54,972 nucleotides of DNA. Source: Chrysochromulina tobinii. Its lineage: Eukaryota. Both the position numbers and the translations under genes were made by a program. The DNA is taken from positions 1-54,972 of the forward strand of contig JWZX01003217.1 of NCBI GenBank assembly GCA_001275005.1. Direction: 5' to 3'. The notes below the pieces were generated by a model, which saw only the letters and a list, made by a program, of their open reading frames with translations, searched no databases and was not told where the DNA came from. The first letter of the stretch is position 1, and the number at the start of each line of letters is the position of its first letter. Positions 46,843 to 54,972 of this stretch are shown one piece after another.

Positions 46843-48801
46843 ATGATGAGTGCAAGTAGCAGCGTGCAGGGAGGGAGCGCTCCACGACGCAACAGCGACC
46901 CCGACAGTGGCCCATACGTCAAGTCTCAGGAGCACTTGCTCACTGCGACTGACTACAATCCACAGCCTACAGCGGTGCCGCCACCCATTGCTGCCAATGC
47001 CGGCACACTTGGTGTTCGCCACGTCCTGTGCATCATCGGCCTACCCGAGCGCGGTAAGCCATATATAGCTCGACGCCTTCAATTGTATTTATCTTTCTTT
47101 CACGGTGCGGACGTGCGAGTCTTCAACATCGCCGACTATGCCGTTGGTCCGAGCGGCTGCGACGAGAATGCCGAGACGCTGCTGGATGATGTGCGCAAGT
47201 TCATGGAGAAGCGTAACGAAGCAGCCTCGAACAACATGGATGTGCCCAGCCGCATCGGGTCTGCCAGCGTATCCGAAGACCCCACCGAGACTCCCCTGTC
47301 TCACCAGTACCTCATCGATGAGGCAGACCGCCGCCGCAAGAATGTCGACTCGGGCAAGGTCGCCATCATGATGTCCACGGACGCGAACGCGACATTCAAG
47401 GAGAAGTGGTCCGGTACATCCAAGGAGCGGCGCCAGTGGCTCGCGACCACACTCGCGCAGGATCGGGTGATGGGCGCCAAACTCATCTTCATCGAGGTCA
47501 TCGTCAACCAGCCGCATCTGATCGAGGCCAACATCCGGGCCAAGCGGCGCGCCCAGGGCCTGGGTGAGACCTCGGCAGCGGCCATGCGCGAACACCACAT
47601 CAAGGTGAAGCACTACGCGCGCATGTACGTGACGTTGCAGGACGACGGCTCGGAAGACGACCTTTCGTACATCAAGCTGTACAACTACGGCGGCAAGGTT
47701 ATTACCAACCGCATGCACGGCTACCTGCGCATGCGCATCGCGCAGTTCCTCACGACGGTGCACACGACGCCGCACGTCATCTACCTGTCGCGCCACGGCC
47801 AATCCGAGTACAATGTGATGGGCAAGATTGGCGGGAACCCGCCGCTCTCCACAGCCGGCGAGGAGTACGCTCGTCGGCTGGGCAAGTGGGTGCCCGACAA
47901 CATCTGCAGGACGCCCGATGGCCGGCCTATCAAGTCACGGTTGTGGACGTCGTCGCTGCAGCGCACCATTCTGACGGCAGAGCACATCCCGCACCCGCTC
48001 ATCCCGTGCCGCGAGCTTTTCGATGCCTACGGCAACGAGATACACTCCAGTTCTAGCCTAGTTCTCGCCGACGGATGGCGGGGCCACCCATCCTCGCCCA
48101 CAGCGGACGGAGTTGTCAGCTTCGGGATCATGCCCACGCACCCGGCCACGCTCGCAGCGACGCTCGCAGCGGACGCTTCTCGTGGCTTGGGCAAGATGCC
48201 CACGCCTCCATCGCCGCTGCCGTCCAGGATGCCGTCCGAGGCAACTCTGGCCGATCCGCCGGCCCTCAAGCTCGAGCACAGCGAGAGTGGGCCTGCTTCT
48301 TCCGAGCCCCCTACAGAGCCTTCCGAGCTGGACGGCGTCTTGCACAGTGAGGAGCTTTGGGAGCAGATGTCGCCGCGCGTCTACCGTAATCTCGACGAGA
48401 TCTTCGCGGGCGAGTACGAGGGGATGAGCTACGAGGATATCGAGCGGCTCATGCCGGAGGAGGCCTCTCTGCGCTCCATGGATAAGATTGGGTACAGGTA
48501 CCCTCGAGGGGAGTCGTACTTTGACATCCTCGCCCGCCTGGACCCGCTCGTGCACGAGATGGAGTCCTATCGGGAGCCTGTGCTCATCGTCTCACACCAG
48601 GCCGTGCTGCGTGTGCTGTACGCCTACCTGATGGCCAAGCCACGCAGCTCGGCCCCCAAGATCGAGATCCCGCTGCATACAATCATGAAGATCACTTACG
48701 ACGGCTGGAACCCTCCGTATGAAGAGCGCGTCTACCTAGGGCCGGAGCCACTGTCCGAGTCACCAGACAAGCCCGCGAACGACGGCCAGAAGAAGCTGTG
48801 A
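46843..48801 (+). CDS. 6-phosphofructo-2-kinase/fructose-2,6-bisphosphatase family protein
   Basis: IGLPERGKPYIA, LSYIK, IYLSRHGQS, WTSSLQRT, LDEI.AG, RYPRGESY, VSHQAVLR. Confidence 0.9.
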   Translation: MMSASSSVQGGSAPRRNSDPDSGPYVKSQEHLLTATDYNPQPTAVPPPIAANAGTLGVRHVLCIIGLPERGKPYIARRLQLYLSFFHGADVRVFNIADYAVGPSGCDENAETLLDDVRKFMEKRNEAASNNMDVPSRIGSASVSEDPTETPLSHQYLIDEADRRRKNVDSGKVAIMMSTDANATFKEKWSGTSKERRQWLATTLAQDRVMGAKLIFIEVIVNQPHLIEANIRAKRRAQGLGETSAAAMREHHIKVKHYARMYVTLQDDGSEDDLSYIKLYNYGGKVITNRMHGYLRMRIAQFLTTVHTTPHVIYLSRHGQSEYNVMGKIGGNPPLSTAGEEYARRLGKWVPDNICRTPDGRPIKSRLWTSSLQRTILTAEHIPHPLIPCRELFDAYGNEIHSSSSLVLADGWRGHPSSPTADGVVSFGIMPTHPATLAATLAADASRGLGKMPTPPSPLPSRMPSEATLADPPALKLEHSESGPASSEPPTEPSELDGVLHSEELWEQMSPRVYRNLDEIFAGEYEGMSYEDIERLMPEEASLRSMDKIGYRYPRGESYFDILARLDPLVHEMESYREPVLIVSHQAVLRVLYAYLMAKPRSSAPKIEIPLHTIMKITYDGWNPPYEERVYLGPEPLSESPDKPANDGQKKL

Positions 48802-48992
48802 CGAGAGGCGGATCGCTCGCGTGCAGGGGCAGAAGTGCACCACTGTCGTGCTAACCGAGCCCTTTGCGAGGGTCCACCGTCCACAGCGCAGTCAACGTAG
48901 AGCAGTCTGCTCAGCCCGCGTGTTGTACACTTTGTTCGATTGTGGGCCCCTAAACTTTCCACGTTCATTCACATTCATAGGGTGACAGCACA

Positions 48993-50159
48993 ATGGCCTC
49001 ATCGCCTGCGCAGCATGCAGCCGCTCTTTACCTGCAGCGTGCTCCCTTGGACGATGTGCTAGCGGCGACCATGGCCATTCCAGACTGGATGTCCCTCGAG
49101 GCCCAGGGTGAGCTGATTCGTGCAGGGCTGGCAGCGCCCGCGGTGGGTGGCCGCTACAGACGCCGAGTTCTCAAGATGCTGATGCATGCATTGGGCAAGC
49201 ACACCGAGGTGCACGAGGATCTATTGGCCGCCTATATCGATAGTCTTGCCGAAAGTGAAAGCGAGGCGTCAACTGCAGATCTCTCGTTCAAACTTCCAGG
49301 CCTTGAGGAACTCCTCACCGTTTCCGTCGTCAACCACATTGGCGGCGGTAGCGAAACGGGCGGCATGGTGTGGCCTGCCTCACTGCTCCTGGCATCGTGG
49401 CTGCTGCGACCGGCCGCCGCGGTCGAGCTCGATGGGGTGCACATTCTTGAGCTGGGCTCCGGCGTTGGCATGCTCGGTCTAGCACTCGCGAGATGCACAC
49501 CCATTGCCGGTATCACTATGACGGATTTTGTGATAGAGACTCTGGACAACTTGCAACGGAACGTCTCGCGGCAGAATGATGGAGTCGCGCATAAAGTTCG
49601 AGTGCGGCAATTGGATTGGAACGAGGCAGAGTGCATGCGCCGTGCCTCTTATGGTGCTGCCTTCAGAGGTGGCGGAAGAGACAGCGACGGCAGCAGCGAT
49701 GCCCTCGACGGCATCGGCCATGAGGGTTGGCGTGGGGCCGCCTCACCAAGTGTATCGGGCTTTGACCTTGTGCTGGCGGCTGATGTCGTGTACGACCCAT
49801 CGGCGCTGCCTGCCCTCGTGGCAACCATCGCCGCAGCAATGGCACCTAGCAATGTGTCCCCAGGTGCACGTCGATGCAGGGCCCTCGTAGCTTCTGAGCG
49901 CCGATCAGAGGAGACGTGGACTACATTTGATACGCTGCTGCAGCGCCATCGTCTGCAGATTCGGGATCTCTCAGTCGAAGCCCGCGCTGCCTGTGCGGCC
50001 CAGTCGAACTTTTATTGCCCAAGCAGCACTCTCGAGAGGATGGTACTCATCGAGCTCATTGATGATTCTCTCGGCATGAGCTCGTCCGAGGACTCCGAGA
50101 CCTGGGAATCGAGGCTTTGCCCGTTGGTGACAGATCTCAAGTGCAAGTCTCAGTACTGA
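48993..50159 (+). CDS. Family-16 protein lysine methyltransferase (EEF2KMT/FAM86-like)
   Basis: TGGMVWPAS, ILELGSGVG, TDF, LDW, FDLVLAADVVYDP; FAM86-like N-terminal Y.RRVLK..EVHEDL. Confidence 0.8.
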   Translation: MASSPAQHAAALYLQRAPLDDVLAATMAIPDWMSLEAQGELIRAGLAAPAVGGRYRRRVLKMLMHALGKHTEVHEDLLAAYIDSLAESESEASTADLSFKLPGLEELLTVSVVNHIGGGSETGGMVWPASLLLASWLLRPAAAVELDGVHILELGSGVGMLGLALARCTPIAGITMTDFVIETLDNLQRNVSRQNDGVAHKVRVRQLDWNEAECMRRASYGAAFRGGGRDSDGSSDALDGIGHEGWRGAASPSVSGFDLVLAADVVYDPSALPALVATIAAAMAPSNVSPGARRCRALVASERRSEETWTTFDTLLQRHRLQIRDLSVEARAACAAQSNFYCPSSTLERMVLIELIDDSLGMSSSEDSETWESRLCPLVTDLKCKSQY

Positions 50160-50437
50160 CTTCCGCAGTATCCGGATACAAGTGCTGGTGTTCATGTTTG
50201 TTTGTAGTCATAGTCAAGTTTACATAATACAGAAAAACCGAACCGACGCCGGAACAACAAACAACCCGCCCTATACCCGCGGCGTACATCCGGCAATCAG
50301 TGCTCCGCGTCCCTGAAGTTGTGACCGGAACTTTCAAGTTCTTCTATTCATAATGAATGCATGCTGAAACAGACTGAAATCATGGTCATTTTGCGACCCT
50401 GGAGCGGGCGACGGCGACGACGGGCACGTCCAATAAA

Positions 50438-52797
50438 ATGCAGCGAGTACGGCAGTCGGTCTGCTTGTTGTCGGTCCTGCTCCTTGGCTTGCAGATAGCT
50501 CTGCTGGGATCGAGGGGACGCGTCGTTCAAATCGGTGCATCGATGCATGCCGAACCTGAGACCGTCGTCGGAGCCTCTCCAGCAACGCAGTCCATGATTG
50601 AGGCGCTGTTGCGGAACATGCGCGGTGTCAGCGTCGATGATGGCGGCAGCAGCATTGATTCCAGTGGTAACGCGTCCACGAACAAGCAGTGCGCAGAGGA
50701 GCAGGGTGAGCTGCCGCGAAACCGCATTCTGATCGTCCACGAGCAGCACCTTCAGTCAATGGGTTGTGACGTGCGTCTGCTAAGGTTTGTCAAGGATCTG
50801 CTCTACCTCAATCAGGAAGTGTCGATGCTCTTCCGCTGCTCGACGCCCGCGAAGATGCGTCAACCCAAGTCGAAGATGCTCGCCAGCATCCTGCGCATTG
50901 ACAACTATGAGGAGGCACAGCTGCGCAAGGGCCTGCGCCATCCGCCCGGCATCTACGAATGGACGTCCGCCGAACGCTTCGCGCAGCTGATAAGCATGGG
51001 CTACTTCAACGTCGTCATCATCTTCCTTTGGTTTTGGTACGACCCACAGCCATCCGCGGCGGAGCTCATGCTGCCGCTGCTGCGTGCGCACGCGCCGCCG
51101 GACAAGCAGCCCTTCGTTGCGCTGCTCTCGGACGACGCGCACTCGATTCGGTGCGCGAGCCTCTCGCGAGCCCGACGCCCGTGCCATCTTTGCTCCCGCT
51201 CGCTCACGCGTCACCCACCGCACGTTCGTGTCTGTGCGTGCGTAGCTCGACGCGTCTAGGCGAGGTCGAGATTCATTTGTCCACGCGCAGCGGGTACAAC
51301 GAGCGCGCGCGCAACTACTGGTATCGACAGAAGCACATGTACCGGCTGGCGGATATGGTGATGCACATTTCGCCCATGGACCAGGTGGCCGAGAAGGAAT
51401 CGTACCCGTTCGTCAAGTACTATAAGCTGCTGCGCATGCCCATTCGGACCTTCCGCATCCTCGGCAAAGGCCAGGTGGTTGGCCTGGACCGCTCTTTCCT
51501 GCGCACCGCCAACATCGGCTTCATTGGTAACGGTATGACGCCAACCAACCACCTGGGGATTCAGTGGTTCCTTGAGCACTGCTGGGAGGATGTGCAGCGC
51601 CAGCTGCCCGGCGTACGCATGCGACTGATCGGCCGGCCGCCAGGCGAACGTGTCGTGCGCGGCAAGCCCGTGCAGTGCGTGCAGACCGAGGACGCGCACT
51701 GCGGCTGGGCATGGGGAACGCCGTACGCGGGCGCCGAGAAGGAGAACGGCATCGACGAGCTCGGCTACCTAAGCGCCGAGGAGCTGCTCGTCGAGGTGCT
51801 TTCGTGGCGGCTGATGATCGTACCCGTTCTCCGCACGACCGGTGTGAACACCAAGATCCTTGTGGCGCTCGAGCTGGGCGTGCCGCTCGTGATCACGCCC
51901 GTGGCTGCCTCACCCTTCGACCTACCCGACAACGAGACCATCGTCGCCTTCGCGGATCAGGCGCTGAACTTCGTGCAACAGACAGTCTCCGTGTATACCG
52001 TCTCGTGGCTGTGGACGCAGCTCTCGCGGGGCTCTCGCCAGCACTGGGAGTCGCTCGCCACGCACGACCCCGCGCGAAATGACGTGCGCATGATGCTTTC
52101 GACGATCTGCCTGGATACGACGGAGCACCACTACTTGAGGCGCTGGACGCCGCCCACGATCCCGCTCGAGCCGCCTGAGCCAATGGCCCAGCTGCCCTCG
52201 GCGAGCACGCCGCGTCGCAAGCTCAGCCCTTGCTTCAATGGCGGTAACTGGAGCACCTCGAGCGCGTCGCCCTTGCTCCTCGTGGGCTCCCACGCGATGA
52301 GTGAGGTGTTCCCACGCTTCGACGAGCTTGTGCGGCTTGTGTGGGAGGGCATCGCGTTGCACTGCGACCTGAGGCTCGTTGTGCGCCAACCCGCCGAGCC
52401 GTACTTGCTCGATGGCGTCGATGTGTTTCTCGATGGGCACTGGGCCCTACCCCTCTCGACACTCGACGGGCTGCCGCATCGGCTCGTCTTCTACCACTGG
52501 GATCTGGGCAAGATGGGGACCAACTTCCATTCGAATGAGAACATGCTCGAGGTCGTCGGCGCGGCAGAAATTTTTGTGGCGCAGGCGGCGCGGCGTCCGT
52601 GGGCGGCGCTTAAGGTGCTCGTCAACCAGGAGATGCGCTCAAGCGGGGGCTTCTTGTTCAACTGGCGCAAAGCGCTGACGCATCTCGGCTTCTCCAAGCC
52701 GGCGATGAATAAGATCATCCCGAACATAGTCAGCAGATTCGAGACGAACTTCACGCAGTCCCTGCTGGCGCATATGCTCGCGTCGCACTCGGGCTGA
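50438..52797 (+). CDS. Membrane-anchored GT-B (GT4-like) glycosyltransferase
   Basis: IGFIG...PTN..GIQWF...W..V...LPG, IVPV..TTGVNTKILVALELGVPLVITP; intron 51151-51245 joins the two ORFs in frame. Confidence 0.75.
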
Positions 52798-53249
52798 CGT
52801 CGGTGCAGCACGGATGAGACGCGCCCTGGCCCATGGCCCATGCCACCTTGCCACCGGGCACCGCCCACCGCATGGCGGGGCGTGGGGGGGCGAGAGTGCG
52901 AGAGAGCACCCCGCCACCGGCCAGACAATAACCCGCGCGACCGGCCGACGGCGGCGCGAGCGCCCCGGTGGCCGGTGCCCGGATCTAGAGGCCTCTCTAT
53001 TCGTATATATGAATCTCTCCCCTCTCCTCAATGTCCACAGTCACACGACGGTGTCTAACGGTGTTGGTGTGGAACGTCGACGGTGTGCGTACGGTATCTG
53101 CCCAACGGGAACACACAAAGTACCGATCACTGTTCCGAGATCGTCACACGAGTCATACTGGCACCGGCCACAAGAAGCCTCCTGCTTCCGCTTCCTGTCG
53201 CCACTCCCTCCAGGCACATCCCGTGGGCGGCTGCACGCGCGCACGCTTC

Positions 53250-54972
53250 CTAACCTTTGACGAGGAGTTCCGACACTGAGCTCGCCGAGTGCGCAGCTGC
53301 CGCATCGAAGGCAGATTGCGCCTTTTCTGCCAGCATGAAGCCCTTGCCTTTCTTGGCGTTCAGCCTCTCGAGGTTCTCAGGTGAGCGGTCGAGGACTTCG
53401 AGCAGCTCCTCGTCGGTGATGACCTTACCCTTGCCGAGTGCCGACTTGCTCGGATCGAATGCGAGTAGGTCCTTAAGCTCATTCTCGACGAGCTTGGCAT
53501 CCTTGTCGGTCTTTTCGCCGATGTCCTTGAACTTGCCCTTGGAGACGACGAGCTGCTCGAGCTTGAGCTTCTGCTTGGCGGCCTGCAGCACCTTCTCTTC
53601 GACAGTCGCCGCCGTCGCGAGCCGGTAAACCATCACCGTCTTCTTCTGGCCGATGCGGTGGCAGCGGTCCTGCGCCTGCAGGTCCATGTGCGGATTCCAG
53701 TCGGAGTCGAAGATGATGACCGTATCGGCGCGTGTGAGGTTGACATCCAGGCCGCCAGCCCGTGTCGAGAGCAGAAACACGTCAGTACCCTCCTCCGACT
53801 CTTGGAAGGTCTTCATGCTCTGCATGCGGTCCTCCGCGGAGACGGTGCCGTCGAGCCGGCAGTAACTGTATTTGCGCCACTCGAGGTAGTCTTGCAGAAT
53901 GTCGAGCATGCGCGTCATCTGCGAAAAGATGAACACCCTGTGGTCGCCCTGCTTGCGAATGAGCTCAGTCAGGATTCGGTCAAGCAGTTGCATCTTGCCG
54001 GACGCTTCCACGAGGATGTCGTCCACAGCCTCGTTGCCCGCGGCGTCCACCGGCCACTCGAAAAGGTATGGGTGATTGCAGCACTTGCGCAGCTGCATTA
54101 GGATATTCTGCAGGCGCTGCGGCTTGCCTGCGCTGTCGGCGATCTGCCGCTTGAGCAGCTCAGCATACATCTCGCTCTGCCATTCGGTCATCCACGCGAA
54201 CAGGATGAACTCGTACTTCTTGGGCACCTCGAGCTCGACGTCAGCCTTGAGGCGGCGCAGCAGGAAGGGGCGCAGGATCTGGTGCAGCTTGGAGACGACG
54301 CCCGCCTGCATCTCACCCTTGAAGACTCTCTCGTCGTTGTCCTCGCGCGAAAAGTCGAAGTCGAACCACGCCTGAAACGAGTCAAGGTCGATGTTGGGCA
54401 GCAGGAAGTTGAGCAGCGACCACAGCTCGATCAGATTGTTTTGCAGCGGCGTGCCCGTGAGGAGCAGTCGATTGCACCCCGCACCACAGATCGACTTGAG
54501 CTCGCGGATCAGCCTGCAGTTCATGTTCTTCAGACGGTGGCCTTCGTCAATGATCGCAAACTTCCAATGGATCTTCTTGAGCTCCTTCACGTCGCGGATG
54601 ACGATCTCGTACGACGTGATCATCACGGGAAAATGCTTTTCCGCCTTGCCGCAGAAGTACGAGCCCAGTATCTCCTTGCGCGTCTCCTTGCTCCCATGGT
54701 AGATGATCGACTCGAAGCCTGGCGCCCACTTTTTGAACTCGTTGTGCCAGTTATGCACCGTCGAGAGCGGCCCGACGACCATGAAGGGCCCGTTCACGCC
54801 TTGCTGGTTGAGGTGAGCGAGCATCGCAATGGACTGCACGGTCTTGCCCAGTCCCATTTCGTCACCAAGGATGCCGTTAAGGCCATTCTCGTAGAGGCCA
54901 ACGAGCCAGTGCACGCCCACCAGCTGGTAGGGACGCATGGTGCCCTTGATCATCTTGGGCTGCTTGAGGCTT
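53250..54972 (-). CDS. SNF2-family chromatin remodeler, DDM1/LSH(HELLS)-like; 5' end beyond the window
   Basis: QPK..GTMRPYQ, LYENGLNGILGDEMGLGKT, DEGHRLKNMNCRLIRELK, LLLTGTPLQNN, QLRKCCNHPYL, FDSDWNPHMDLQAQDRCHRIGQ. Confidence 0.85.
   Translation of the reverse strand, partial: SLKQPKMIKGTMRPYQLVGVHWLVGLYENGLNGILGDEMGLGKTVQSIAMLAHLNQQGVNGPFMVVGPLSTVHNWHNEFKKWAPGFESIIYHGSKETRKEILGSYFCGKAEKHFPVMITSYEIVIRDVKELKKIHWKFAIIDEGHRLKNMNCRLIRELKSICGAGCNRLLLTGTPLQNNLIELWSLLNFLLPNIDLDSFQAWFDFDFSREDNDERVFKGEMQAGVVSKLHQILRPFLLRRLKADVELEVPKKYEFILFAWMTEWQSEMYAELLKRQIADSAGKPQRLQNILMQLRKCCNHPYLFEWPVDAAGNEAVDDILVEASGKMQLLDRILTELIRKQGDHRVFIFSQMTRMLDILQDYLEWRKYSYCRLDGTVSAEDRMQSMKTFQESEEGTDVFLLSTRAGGLDVNLTRADTVIIFDSDWNPHMDLQAQDRCHRIGQKKTVMVYRLATAATVEEKVLQAAKQKLKLEQLVVSKGKFKDIGEKTDKDAKLVENELKDLLAFDPSKSALGKGKVITDEELLEVLDRSPENLERLNAKKGKGFMLAEKAQSAFDAAAAHSASSVSELLVKG

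Overview
GC-rich, gene-dense eukaryotic nuclear DNA with short spliceosomal introns and no rRNA, tRNA or CRISPR signal that I can see. Gene content (plant-type MSH1, plastid-targeted proteins, ciliary proteins) and intron style suggest a haptophyte alga, most like Chrysochromulina; this is an inference. About 22 protein-coding genes were rebuilt by hand from the ORF track plus splice sites. They are: a tandem DNRLRE-domain secreted protein, an Ala-rich coiled-coil protein, a TRPM-like channel, a CNBD/KCNH-like channel, a NEK-RCC1 kinase, an AKAP28-EF-hand protein, a probable NDUFA7, an LRGG-presequence protein, a GT31-like protein, a TFIIA fusion, a LIM protein, a myristoylated repeat protein, MSH1, a cold-shock/pseudo-uridine-kinase fusion, an FKBP, an FAD oxidoreductase, DUF3326, a membrane protein, PFKFB, a family-16 methyltransferase, a GT4-like protein and a DDM1/LSH-like SNF2. 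Highlights: (1) a TRPM channel with two NUDT9-like ADP-ribose pyrophosphatase domains inserted between SLOG and MHR4 instead of one at the C-terminus, one with a near-intact and one with a degenerate Nudix box; (2) repeated introner-like introns that share a core and whose splice sites come from duplicated exon sequence; (3) a single-chain TFIIA gamma-QYDG-beta fusion; (4) several other unusual fusions. All family calls come from motif recognition by eye, not database searches.
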